Shown: in pieces, positions 38,871-48,205 of the stretch
Layout: each line of letters begins with the position of its first letter
How positions within the stretch are numbered: position 1 is the stretch's first letter
Assembly (NCBI GenBank): GCA_021836035.1
Contig: JAKBJL010000003.1
Location: 132,135-196,134 of the forward strand
DNA length: 64,000 nucleotides
Source of the DNA: a bacterium
Lineage (GTDB): Bacteria; Patescibacteriota; Microgenomatia; JAMCZE01
Direction: 5' to 3'
Translations under genes and position numbers: made by a program
The notes under the pieces: model-generated
What the model was told of the DNA's origin: nothing
The model's input: only the letters and a program-made list of their open reading frames with translations
The model's database searches: none

Positions 38871-40136
38871 TTAAATAACTCCAACGATTTTTGGTTCCGG
38901 TTGGCCGGCTAGTGGTTCGGTTTTTGGTAGATGCTCTTTAAGTTTCAATGAATACGGAAGTAGAAAAAATGCTATTAAGGGTAGAAATCCAATTAATAGA
39001 AAAGTTAATCTCAAAGAGTGATCGGCCGCAAAACCAACCATCGGATTGGCGATGGCAAAGACTAGGGTTTTCAGAGTAGAAGTCGCGGACAGAATCGTAG
39101 CTCTTTGTTCCGCGGGAATAAATTCATTCATCGTGGTATTCATAAAAGATGATCTTGTTGAGGCTAATCCACCAACCAAAATTATGGCTATAACTACCGT
39201 AACTACCGATGGATAAATTGCAATAAAAATAAGTGTGGCCGAGACAATGATTGCTGTCAGATTAACAAAGTTTTTTTCGGAACCAAAGATTCTTTCTGTA
39301 ATGTGGATATTAAAAGTTGCCGCAGTTGCGGCTAAGGAAAAGGCAGACCTAATAAATCCAAAGTAAATAATGGCTAAACCAACTTTAACTAGCATTGGTT
39401 GGTAAAGCCAAATAAGAAAATAAGCACCGATCCAGACGAGGATATCGCTAGCAATTAAATAAAGAACTGTCTTATTCTTCAGAAGTATTGAGATTCCCAT
39501 TTTGCTGGTATTTATTAAGTCGTGACGAGAAAAGACTTTTTGCGTTTTCGGTTCGTCAACCGTCAAAATGACAATTGCGGCTATAAATAAGGGAATAGCT
39601 GAGATAATCATTGGCGCGCGAAGTCCAAACTGGGCCGCAATAAGGCTACCAACCGGTGCGGCGACAATGGTTCCCAGGTTACTAAATGATGAGGATCGAG
39701 CTAATACTTTTTTGCTTTCATTATCTCGACCCGACCTTTTCAGGTAATCGTAAACTAGGGCACTACTGGCACCTACCACAAACGAAGTTCCCAGGGCCGC
39801 CAAGAATTCAGCAAAAAGGAACAGATAAAAATTGGGGATTAGGACATAAACCACACTCGAAATTGCCAGGATAAAACCCCCAAGACTAACTGAGACTTTC
39901 CTTCCCAAGTGATCGGCAAGAGCTCCTGTTGGGATATTAAGGACAAACATCCAGATCATGAGCCATGATTGAAGAAATTGCACTTGGGTCAAATTCAAGT
40001 GGCCCCATTCGGTATAAAAGGGAACTAGAACTGAGACGTAAAACATTAAGCCACTAAAAAAGGTGGCTAAATAGTAACGAAAGACGAACCCTGAGGGGTT
40101 TAATTTCTGCCAAATGTCATGCACTTTACTTCTCAT
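38871..40136 (-). CDS. MFS transporter
   Basis: 12 predicted TM helices, 421 aa, MFS-like loop motif (GALADHLGRK). Confidence 0.75.
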   Translation of the reverse strand: MRSKVHDIWQKLNPSGFVFRYYLATFFSGLMFYVSVLVPFYTEWGHLNLTQVQFLQSWLMIWMFVLNIPTGALADHLGRKVSVSLGGFILAISSVVYVLIPNFYLFLFAEFLAALGTSFVVGASSALVYDYLKRSGRDNESKKVLARSSSFSNLGTIVAAPVGSLIAAQFGLRAPMIISAIPLFIAAIVILTVDEPKTQKVFSRHDLINTSKMGISILLKNKTVLYLIASDILVWIGAYFLIWLYQPMLVKVGLAIIYFGFIRSAFSLAATAATFNIHITERIFGSEKNFVNLTAIIVSATLIFIAIYPSVVTVVIAIILVGGLASTRSSFMNTTMNEFIPAEQRATILSATSTLKTLVFAIANPMVGFAADHSLRLTFLLIGFLPLIAFFLLPYSLKLKEHLPKTEPLAGQPEPKIVGVI

Positions 40137-40647
40137 TGGCTAAGTCTCGACTTATCTTATCGACGCACTCTTTAAGCGATAAACGTTCAGTGTCGAGGAT
40201 TATAGCCCCAGGGTAATCTGTCTTCTCAAGATGTTCGAAAATATCCTTGATCTTCTCATCGCCCATTGGTTTACGACACCCTTCTTTAATTCCGGGTCTA
40301 GTTCTGTCTCTCTCCTGAAGCGTCGATAGAGAGCATTTGATTTGATAGACAAGGACTTTTATACCTCTTGTCTTAGCTGATTCAACGGCCATAGGAATAA
40401 TGAATGGATCGTAGAAGATTTTTTCCATAACAACCGAAAAGTTATGATCCAGTAGGTAATTAAGTGTTGCCAAAGCGCTTTCGTCGACAAACTTCTGTTC
40501 CTCCGGAGTGACATCGGTGGAAAAGAAGTCCTTGAAATTATCAACCTTGAGCCAGACTACCCTTTTTTCAAAATTTCGTAATTCTCTGGAGATAGTTGTT
40601 TTCCCGCTTGCTGGGGCACCCCGAATAATTACTAAGAATTGTTCCAC
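40126..40647 (-). CDS. P-loop kinase (AAA_33/chloramphenicol-phosphotransferase-like fold)
   Basis: Walker A IIRGAPASGKTT at the N-terminus; 173 aa. Confidence 0.55.
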   Translation of the reverse strand: MEQFLVIIRGAPASGKTTISRELRNFEKRVVWLKVDNFKDFFSTDVTPEEQKFVDESALATLNYLLDHNFSVVMEKIFYDPFIIPMAVESAKTRGIKVLVYQIKCSLSTLQERDRTRPGIKEGCRKPMGDEKIKDIFEHLEKTDYPGAIILDTERLSLKECVDKISRDLANEK

Positions 40648-40693
40648 AGAATCAGTTTATCATCCGTCATCTTTCTGGTCTATAATTTAAGCT

Positions 40694-41257
40694 ATGTCGA
40701 GTAATTTTGAAAACCATAGCACGATTATCCATAAGCGCCAAATTTACGGGCAGGTGTTAGAATACACGAACATGCAAAACGGATCGTTCGTTGTTCTTTT
40801 TAAAGACAGTGCCCGCCAAGAAGTATTTTTAGTTTTTCGTTCTGATTATCCTATATGGGGTATTACTGGTGGGGGGATTGAAAATGGAGAAACTTCAGAA
40901 CAAGCGGCGGTGAGGGAAGCCTTTGAGGAAACCGGGTTCGAGGTTAAAATTCTTAGAAAAGTCGGGGTTTATGAAAACGGGCTTGCCAAAACACATCTCT
41001 TTGAGGGCAGAGTTATTAAAGGTGACTTCAAGCCAGAGTTCCCGGGATGTAGAGGGGCCTGGTTTAAAGTTGATAATTTACCGAAGGATATGACGCATCG
41101 GGCTAAAGAAAAAGTCCAAGACGTCTCTAGTTGTTTTGATAAAACGCCTTTTGTCAAAAAAATACAAGGAGAATTGATTAGCGATAACTTAATTTTGGTA
41201 CTACGGCACCCATGTTATTTATTGAAATACCTAACGAATCAAATCGTTACCCACTAA
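40694..41257 (+). CDS. NUDIX hydrolase
   Basis: Nudix box GGGIENGETSEQAAVREAFEETGF (G-x5-E-x7-REUxEExGU). Confidence 0.75.
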   Translation: MSSNFENHSTIIHKRQIYGQVLEYTNMQNGSFVVLFKDSARQEVFLVFRSDYPIWGITGGGIENGETSEQAAVREAFEETGFEVKILRKVGVYENGLAKTHLFEGRVIKGDFKPEFPGCRGAWFKVDNLPKDMTHRAKEKVQDVSSCFDKTPFVKKIQGELISDNLILVLRHPCYLLKYLTNQIVTH

Positions 41258-41409
41258 TACATCAAAATCTTTGCCCACATGGCGGACACAAACAGCCCCG
41301 TACTTATTCAGACAGAGAGAGTAGGTTTTCTACTAAAATATCCTGATAAGTTTGATTCCAGTTGGGCGTTGATTTATTTTGATATAGAAACTAGGCACGA
41401 ATTTTGTTG

Positions 41410-41447
41410 GCAGCCCTGGATGGAACACATTCGAACTTTTTACGATC
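41410..41447 (+). repeat. recombinase-like 3-prime-end remnant repeat R4 (inside small ORF 41279..41473, …RHEFCWQPWMEHIRTFYDQ…)
   Basis: GCAGCCCTGGATGGAACACATTCGAACTTTTTACGATCA. Confidence 0.65.
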
Positions 41448-41456
41448 AGGTGAAGA

Positions 41457-42299
41457 TTATTTCCTTACAATAACTCTTTCATTTATGGGGGGTGTTACTT
41501 CCTCTGATGGGTCGGGCAGTTCAAAAGTCTCGGGATTATAATCGTCGTCCTGTTTTGGTATCTTTCCGAAGATAGCATATTTTTCCCCATTATAATCGAT
41601 TGTCTCAGACAATCTTTGCCAATAATCGTGAGTCTGGTTCTCTCCGATAGGATCTTCATCTATATTAGAAAGGACATAAAATCTTCCACTTTTTTTATTA
41701 ATCCAATGAGCCTCAAAATATACGGCATTTTCCGTCTCTTTTAAATCACCGGGAAGATTTAACTGGGTAACAGGTACAAACCTCTCATTGCCACCACCGA
41801 CATCAGAGCCTTCATAGAGATGGATTACTAAAGAATCCAAACTTCCTTGAAGTTTATCTGCATTTTCGAGGGGGATCAGATGCAAAACTAAGACGTAGTG
41901 TGCTTCGAAGAATTGATCTTCGGCTTCTTGAGCCAAGGATTCTTCTCGTAACTCCTTCGGTGTATCCTTATGGGTGGGATTAAGTAGTTTAAACATGGGG
42001 GAACGGGCTATTGGTATGTATATTTGCAGGTAATAGCCTGGACTTCTTAATCTACCGATTGTAGCTTCTGTGTCGCCAAATGAAATTTCTTTTGATTGCG
42101 GATCGTGGAAATGAACCGTGCTGTTCAAATCCCCAGAGCTATAATGTCTGGCCAATTCTGCTTGTACACTACTGTAAGAAAGCTCCCTATATGTCTGAGG
42201 TGATTGAGAAAGACTCAAGAAGATAGGAGTCAACCCTACCAGATCATCAGGCGGGGGATATTCAGGAATATGTGGTCGAGGGAATTTTTCTTTGGGCAT
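41457..42299 (-). CDS. hypothetical protein
   Basis: 280-aa ORF; no motif recognised. Confidence 0.5.
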   Translation of the reverse strand: MPKEKFPRPHIPEYPPPDDLVGLTPIFLSLSQSPQTYRELSYSSVQAELARHYSSGDLNSTVHFHDPQSKEISFGDTEATIGRLRSPGYYLQIYIPIARSPMFKLLNPTHKDTPKELREESLAQEAEDQFFEAHYVLVLHLIPLENADKLQGSLDSLVIHLYEGSDVGGGNERFVPVTQLNLPGDLKETENAVYFEAHWINKKSGRFYVLSNIDEDPIGENQTHDYWQRLSETIDYNGEKYAIFGKIPKQDDDYNPETFELPDPSEEVTPPINERVIVRK

Positions 42300-42347
42300 T
42301 TAGGAACATTATAGTGTTTCTGGTTCCTTTAATCAACCTATAGTATC

Positions 42348-42388
42348 TGCAGCCCTGGATAGAAAGTATTCGAACCTACTGCGCTCAA
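42348..42388 (+). repeat. recombinase-like 3-prime-end remnant repeat R5
   Basis: GCAGCCCTGGATAGAAAGTATTCGAACCTACTGCGCTCAAA. Confidence 0.6.
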
Positions 42389-42427
42389 ATTCAGGTATTT
42401 GCTACTATTGTTTGACCTAAAATTATT

Positions 42428-42670
42428 TTATGTGGTTAAAAAGCGAACAACTTCTCGAACAACCTCTGCCTTTGGTCTGAGAATAAAGTCTCCATGCCCT
42501 CCGGGGTAGAAAAGCGACTTCCCATCGCTGAATCTGCGACGTAGCAATTCTGCCCGTCTTCTAAACATTTTTGTTTCATCTTTTGAATTAACTATTAAAA
42601 TGTCTTTACCTTCCAAAATATCAAGTTCGTTATACCAATCAGTATGAAAAAGATTGTAAAAGCCCTCCAT
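42428..42670 (-). pseudogene. possible C-terminal fragment of an alpha/beta hydrolase
   Basis: 80 aa ending …LFYPGGHGDFILRPKAEVVREVVRFL (His-containing C-terminal segment); no N-terminal nucleophile elbow. Confidence 0.25.
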
Positions 42671-42708
42671 TATTAGATGCGTGGCTAAACGGAAAGGTTA
42701 AGGAGGAT

Positions 42709-43068
42709 TTGTATAATACTAAATCGGTCGAAATCGAGAGAGAGAAAGATGAAGTTATCGCCGAGATAGCAAAACACAAAACTACGGATCGTGCGTATCA
42801 AGCGGATATTGGGGGATTTTTAACTTTTTGTAACGAAGCTCCAACTTTATTCAAAAGTTCGAGACCTGCTCTAAAACGGGAGCTTTTGAGATTTGTCGTT
42901 TCGAACCTTATTTTGAAAGACGGAAAGCTCGATATTACGCTCCGTTTGCCATTCAACATAGTCGCAAAGTATGCCAAAAATGAGAATTGGCAGGGCTTGG
43001 TGAACTACGTCAGCAACTTCTACCGGGAAAACTGTTCCAGTTACCAATGGTTACTTACTCCCAATTAA
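42709..43068 (+). pseudogene. C-terminal remnant of a large-serine-recombinase-like gene (…ALKRELLRFVVSNLILKDGKLDITLRLPF…NWQGLVNYVSNFYREN…)
   Basis: 119 aa with no catalytic N-terminus; the tail aligns with 35532..35951 and 2063..2632; 3-prime end ≈80 % identical to 28231..28295. Confidence 0.4.
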
Positions 43069-43542
43069 TTCCTTAAATTTTGCCGCTCTTTGTTCTCTTG
43101 TCAAGGACAAAGCCCAATCCCAAGCGTCTTTATACAACGGCTGCCTTTCTGACTCAACTTTTACCTGCTTTTTCGCAAAGTCTTCACCCCATAAATCAAT
43201 CCAGACGTCATAAAGGATAAGATCTAATAGCTTATGGATTTCGTCCTCTTTACCGGGTATTAACCGGTGGAATAATTCATGGACTAAGGTAGCCTTTTTC
43301 GTCTCAATTGGGTAACTGGCTCTAAGACTAAGGGGATGGGATCGGCTTACGCCTTCAATAACAACGGCATTAATAGTATTTTCTGTAAATTTTAATCCGG
43401 TTAATCTTTCGATTGTTTCAATTATTCTTGCCGATTCTTTGATCCAAATCTCCTGATATTCCTCTGCAGATTTAATTAATTCTAAATCATCATGGTCTGG
43501 GTAAAAATTTATTTTCATAATTTCACTTTTAGTTCTTCCCAC
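43051..43542 (-). CDS. putative zinc-dependent peptidase (HExxH; SprT/DUF45-like)
   Basis: ATLVHELFHRL. Confidence 0.4.
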   Translation of the reverse strand: MGRTKSEIMKINFYPDHDDLELIKSAEEYQEIWIKESARIIETIERLTGLKFTENTINAVVIEGVSRSHPLSLRASYPIETKKATLVHELFHRLIPGKEDEIHKLLDLILYDVWIDLWGEDFAKKQVKVESERQPLYKDAWDWALSLTREQRAAKFKELIGSK

Positions 43543-44114
43543 GTAATAACATCAGCCCAATTGGGGATTGGAGTTTCTAAAACCTTATCCCGGTCATCAA
43601 TTTTTCCGGAGGCGTGATCTACGGCTTCCTTAATTACCAAAGGATAGTAACCCCGCCAATTTAATTCCTGTATAGTTGAAAGGACGCAACAATCGATCGT
43701 AAGTCCGAAGAGCACAGGAATAACTTCTTCAGGTGAACCAATGTTTTTACCAAGCCATTCACCGAATTTTTTCGGATCGGGATAGGGGAGACCGGGTTCT
43801 TGATTGGGATCGCCGATTCCGTCTCTAATCCATACCGGCGAGTTCATGCACTTAACCCATTGAGATGAGACAAGCTCTTTAGGAACTATTGATTCATAGC
43901 CCCATTCGCCTGGGTGAGCCCCATCACCCCGGTCACCTGGTCTGGGTTGGCGATAATCGGAAACAATTTCGCAGATTTTTATTCTTTTTTCTTCGAGAAT
44001 TGGGAAAACATTTTCTTTAAGAAATTTTACTGATGGTTTAGGGGAATAAAACTTGCCGCCAACAGACGCAAATTCGTTTTGGATATCAACAGCGATAAAT
44101 CTATATTTTTCCAT
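43515..44114 (-). CDS. isochorismatase-family cysteine hydrolase
   Basis: FIAVDIQNEF (catalytic Asp), GLTIDCCVLSTIQEL…YPLVIKEAVD (catalytic Cys region). Confidence 0.65.
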   Translation of the reverse strand: MEKYRFIAVDIQNEFASVGGKFYSPKPSVKFLKENVFPILEEKRIKICEIVSDYRQPRPGDRGDGAHPGEWGYESIVPKELVSSQWVKCMNSPVWIRDGIGDPNQEPGLPYPDPKKFGEWLGKNIGSPEEVIPVLFGLTIDCCVLSTIQELNWRGYYPLVIKEAVDHASGKIDDRDKVLETPIPNWADVITWEELKVKL

Positions 44115-44155
44115 GGTGAAACCGCTAAGACGTATGATAAGAGTATAATAAAACT

Positions 44156-44746
44156 ATGTCCATACCCGAAAACGTTGAGCGGAAGCTCTCGCCAGAGGAA
44201 GAAGCCAGAAAAGAAAAGTGGCTAAAAGACCTGTCGACTTTTATTGTCGAAGCCAATACCCATACTTGGGCAGCCGAAGGGGCAGAAGTTAAAGTTCCAC
44301 AAAGACCAAAATATAAAGAATTGCAATGGCCGCTGCCTGATCCAAATACCGGGAAGATCGAAGGAGGGTGGGAATTAAGAGATAGCTATACAGGATATTT
44401 CCGAGCTCCCTGGATGACGACAATTTACTATAAAGGGGAACCAGCCTGGACTATGGCTTACGGGAGAACCGGAATGATGGAAGATAAGTACGATATAACC
44501 AAAGCTACCTTTGATTTTCTTAAAAAAGCCCTAATGCTTGTGACAACAGAAATGCCGTATCGGGGATTGCCTTTGGAGGAGGGAAACCGTCGTTATGAAA
44601 TTCAAGCGAATGGTAATCTGGAAGACTTTGACGGCCAGGAGAAAACTTTTGAGGACAACGAATTAACTTTTACCCAGTATTTCTTCGGAGGAATTGTCAT
44701 CGACAAGGACGCGAAACGTCAGCCGGTTTATCCCTGGAATAGATGA
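44156..44746 (+). CDS. hypothetical protein
   Basis: 196-aa ORF. Confidence 0.5.
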   Translation: MSIPENVERKLSPEEEARKEKWLKDLSTFIVEANTHTWAAEGAEVKVPQRPKYKELQWPLPDPNTGKIEGGWELRDSYTGYFRAPWMTTIYYKGEPAWTMAYGRTGMMEDKYDITKATFDFLKKALMLVTTEMPYRGLPLEEGNRRYEIQANGNLEDFDGQEKTFEDNELTFTQYFFGGIVIDKDAKRQPVYPWNR

Positions 44747-44747
44747 T

Positions 44748-45188
44748 ATGGGCAAAGAGAGAGAAGTTTCAGAAGCCGAGTTCCGGGCGTTGATGCAAAA
44801 GTATCAATTGGAATTTGTGGGAAACGGGCACACAGAACCGGAATATCAAAAAGGGGGATTGAATAATCTTTTTAAAGCCAGAGGTGGAGAGCGTCCTAAA
44901 GATGATACGGAGGCAAGGGAATTAACTCAAATTGCAGAATATGCGGCAACCGCTTTAGTCTCACCACGGGTTTTAAGAGAATGGCAGGACAGCGTAATCA
45001 GTTGGATGATAAAAAGCGGCGAAGAAAAAGTCCCGGTTTATTGCTGGCGTTATCAAGAACCGATGTATCGTAGCCATCCTCGTTGGGAAGAAGCCAAACA
45101 ATATGTTACCTTTTGGGAAGATAAAAAAAGCTGGGAAGATGTCCGCTATGGAAAATTAAATGAATGGGATAAACAAAAGCAGAAATAA
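44748..45188 (+). CDS. hypothetical protein (start overlaps the previous stop; likely co-transcribed)
   Basis: MGKEREVSEAEFRAL…; ORF track 44694..45188. Confidence 0.45.
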   Translation: MGKEREVSEAEFRALMQKYQLEFVGNGHTEPEYQKGGLNNLFKARGGERPKDDTEARELTQIAEYAATALVSPRVLREWQDSVISWMIKSGEEKVPVYCWRYQEPMYRSHPRWEEAKQYVTFWEDKKSWEDVRYGKLNEWDKQKQK

Positions 45189-45196
45189 TTGTTAAC

Positions 45197-45985
45197 TTAA
45201 CGACGAACTGACTTAACTATAAAACTTGGTTTTGGAACTTCTACCACAAAAATCTCCCCCGGAGACCCTGATGGACCGGTTAAGGTTGTGCCAATAATTC
45301 TCTCGGCCAGTTGGGTAGTAGAAAGTTGCTGTAGAGTACTTGCCAAGGGATCAACCATAAGCCAGTTAATATCCCGGTCAGACAATTTGTTTAAGCCGTA
45401 TATTGCCACCCAATGGGAATAACTGTTTAGAAGAAAAAGATTACCTTCGGAAATAATATTTACCGCTGCCCATCCCATTTCCTCTGGCTCTCGAGGATCT
45501 AAATGGTTAATATGAATTCCTAAGTTTCTTTCCAGAAAATGCTGGACGGCATCGCGGCTGGCGGTTCTTTCGGTATGCATTCCCGCTCCGGATAGTAAAC
45601 CTTGCGCTCTTGCTTGCCCAGCTAAATAAGCCTCGTTAAAAGCCGCAAGGCGACCCTGGTGACGGGCAAGTCCTTCACCAATGGAAATCGAAGCCGCAAG
45701 AAGACAGGAGTTGTCATGTTTCTGAAGATGCGGCTGAAGCGGCAAAGAAATTCTTTCTCCTAACGGCAAGTCTCTCGCCTGATCAACAATGGCTGCTCTG
45801 GTTCTGGATAAAGCTCTTTCTCTTAAAGCGGGTAGTTCGGAAGAGTTAGGGCGGCGGATACCTTTAGCTTTTATACCGCTTGGTTTTCCTTCTCTTCTGG
45901 CTGTTACCTTGAATTTGCTTTCGTTTTCGCTCTCGGTCATGGGAAAATTATAGCACCCCAAAAAGCAGAATAGAGATATAATCAT
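45197..45985 (-). CDS. papain-like cysteine peptidase, C39-like (Peptidase_C39_2/BtrH-like)
   Basis: QKHDNSCLLAASISIG (Q…C) and SYSHWVAIYG (H) spaced as in C39-like peptidases. Confidence 0.4.
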   Translation of the reverse strand: MIISLFCFLGCYNFPMTESENESKFKVTARREGKPSGIKAKGIRRPNSSELPALRERALSRTRAAIVDQARDLPLGERISLPLQPHLQKHDNSCLLAASISIGEGLARHQGRLAAFNEAYLAGQARAQGLLSGAGMHTERTASRDAVQHFLERNLGIHINHLDPREPEEMGWAAVNIISEGNLFLLNSYSHWVAIYGLNKLSDRDINWLMVDPLASTLQQLSTTQLAERIIGTTLTGPSGSPGEIFVVEVPKPSFIVKSVRR

Positions 45986-45993
45986 AGATAAGC

Positions 45994-46586
45994 ATGGAGC
46001 CTATAGAGATTAAAGAAATATCCAACGACAGAATAGGCGCTGCCAAGATGCATTTTCTGGACCGCGTAACAGAGGCCGGACCAAAATTCGGTTATTTGCT
46101 AATCCATTTAAAGGCTTTAGAAAAATGGGCAGACAAGGAAAGTTCAAAGCGCCCGGAGTTAAATAAGGAAGTGTTTTTCTTGTCTATTTGGTTACACGAT
46201 ATTGGGCAGGTTATTGGTGATAAAACTGATCACGCCGTTAATTCCGAAACAGAAGTAAGAAGGTATCTTCCAGAAATTGGGGTGGGTTCGGAAACCGTTG
46301 AGGAAGTGGCTCACTGTGTTCGGTCCCACCGGTGCAAAGATGTCCAGCCGGAAACTCTGAAGCTAAAGTCTTAGCCGCATGTGATTCTGCCAGCCACATG
46401 ATAGATATTGTTTATGCCGATAAGGCTAGCGAGGGGAGGGCAGGGGAAGCATTAGGAAAATTGGAAAGGGATCTCCGGGACACGGGAATATTTCCGGAAA
46501 TTCAAGAAGAGGTTAAACCATACTATCTAGCGTGGAAAAATTTGTTGGAGTTTTTAAGTCGAAACAGCAGTAATAACTTCGTTTAA
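45994..46586 (+). pseudogene. HD-domain phosphohydrolase interrupted by a frameshift near 46330-46375
   Basis: WLHDIGQ (H-D) in frame 1 (45994..46374); LAACDSASHMID (the downstream D of the HD motif) in another frame from 46332. Confidence 0.5.
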
Positions 46587-48203
46587 TCTTTGCTGCTTAA
46601 TAGTTTTAACTTGTTCACCTTTTTCTTCAATTTCTGCGTTTCGGTGGATTCGGCGTCCTAAGGGTTCAACAAATTCGTCCTTATAAAGAATCTCTGAATC
46701 CAGATAGAGTTTAACGTGGTCCATGAATGCCTTGCTTCCCAAATATTCAGCCACCTTTTGTCTCGCTTGCTGTTGAACTTTAGGATCTATGTCTGCCGCT
46801 TTCAGCTGGACAGCTTTTCTTAAAAGGGAAAAATAATAAACGCTAACCGGAATTTCAAAACCCCCGCCATCGTTATATATGGCTTCGGGTTTGGTTAATT
46901 CCGGCTGGGTTTTATAAAGATAGTCAAAGTAGGCAACCGAAGGGAAAAAGTTTTGGACCAAACAGTTTTCCAGAAAACCTACATAGCGACCATAATTTTC
47001 GTGTTGATAAAGCAATCTTACATATGGCTCAATTTCCGGATCTAAAGCCAGTTCACAATGAAAAACCGGGTGGCTAATTTTAAGCTGGTCGATCATCATA
47101 TACTCCTGCTCGTTTGTATGGGAAAGAATATTTTTTATAGCTTGCCGCATTTCTTCCAGGGTAAATTTCTCCTCAATGGCTTGCCCTGATGATTTAAAAT
47201 CGAAGGGGTCAACACCAAAGTGAAAGCCAAGATCGGCAGCAGTATTTCTAAAATCTTTCCCGACCTCCATTTGATCGGATAAATTTCTTAAATCATCAGC
47301 CGCAATTATGGTGTCCTTGGTCGGTGAAACTATTTTTGGTAAAAACTCTGAAGATAGGGGAGCAAAGTTTTCAAAGATAAATCTGTCCATCGCGGGCAAA
47401 TTTCTGTCTATTGCCGCCAATGAGGAGTTGTCGTGGGTACCGGCAATGGCGCGAATATTAGCATGCAAAATCTCGGTTCGTTTCTCTTGAGGAACATTAA
47501 ACCAGGTCTGTAGGGCTTTGAGATATTCATTATTATCTGTCAATTCCATGCATTCTTTAACAGTGGAGGTTGCTAGTTTATCTTGTGCTTCGGTTTTGGA
47601 GATTCTTCTCATTAAAATATTTAGACCTCTATGCGTATCAAAAGTTGCGTTTTCCGCAGGAGCCGGTTTCCACTCGTTCTTTTCGCTACTAAGTATTTCA
47701 AAGTCGTTTCCATATATCTGTTGGACATCTTCAAGGTCTCTGTACATCATGCTGCCAGAATTGTCTTTATAAGCGGGGTGTTCTTTGGAAAAGCCAAAAT
47801 ATAAGAGGTATCCGCCTTGTTTTACAATTCTTGCCTGTTCTTCTTCTGCTTTGATTTGGCCCTCTTTGGTTAGCATATGGGAACAACCGGAGTCTATGGC
47901 AACATCATAGCTGGAATCGTCCAGGGGCAATTTTGTTGCATTTGCCTCAATGAAACTTGTACTTAATTTATTTTTTTGGGCATTTGCTCTAGCAACATCA
48001 AGTTCTTCTTTGTTTATATTGATACCGATAACTTTAGCTCCTTGAGATTCCAGATAATTAGAATTACGACCAAATCCGCATCCGATATCAACAACAGTTT
48101 GGCCTGGTTTTATCAAACCTTTTTCAAGGCTAGTCTTAATAAATGGTGTTGGGCTATCTGCTTTCCAGGCGATGTTTTCGGAAACTTCTCCTACTTCGCT
48201 CAT
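46554..48203 (-). CDS. class I SAM-dependent methyltransferase domain fused to a ~370-aa C-terminal domain of unknown function
   Basis: VVDIGCGFGRNSNYL (motif I), KVIGININ, YDVAIDSG; the ORF track extends to 48335, but a start at MSEVGE (48203) avoids overlap. Confidence 0.55.
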   Translation of the reverse strand: MSEVGEVSENIAWKADSPTPFIKTSLEKGLIKPGQTVVDIGCGFGRNSNYLESQGAKVIGININKEELDVARANAQKNKLSTSFIEANATKLPLDDSSYDVAIDSGCSHMLTKEGQIKAEEEQARIVKQGGYLLYFGFSKEHPAYKDNSGSMMYRDLEDVQQIYGNDFEILSSEKNEWKPAPAENATFDTHRGLNILMRRISKTEAQDKLATSTVKECMELTDNNEYLKALQTWFNVPQEKRTEILHANIRAIAGTHDNSSLAAIDRNLPAMDRFIFENFAPLSSEFLPKIVSPTKDTIIAADDLRNLSDQMEVGKDFRNTAADLGFHFGVDPFDFKSSGQAIEEKFTLEEMRQAIKNILSHTNEQEYMMIDQLKISHPVFHCELALDPEIEPYVRLLYQHENYGRYVGFLENCLVQNFFPSVAYFDYLYKTQPELTKPEAIYNDGGGFEIPVSVYYFSLLRKAVQLKAADIDPKVQQQARQKVAEYLGSKAFMDHVKLYLDSEILYKDEFVEPLGRRIHRNAEIEEKGEQVKTIKQQRLNEVITAVST

Positions 48204-48205
48204 AA

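Noticed and set aside
41279-41473. 64-aa ORF as a genuine small gene
   Set aside because: It is made of the conserved C-terminal remnant (…EFCWQPWMEHIRTFYDQ) with no N-terminal domain. It is treated as a repeat remnant.
27424-42388. The five ~41-bp direct repeats as a CRISPR array
   Set aside because: The spacing is 0.9–6.7 kb and irregular. The repeats lie inside or at the ends of protein-coding frames and encode a conserved peptide. There are no cas genes.
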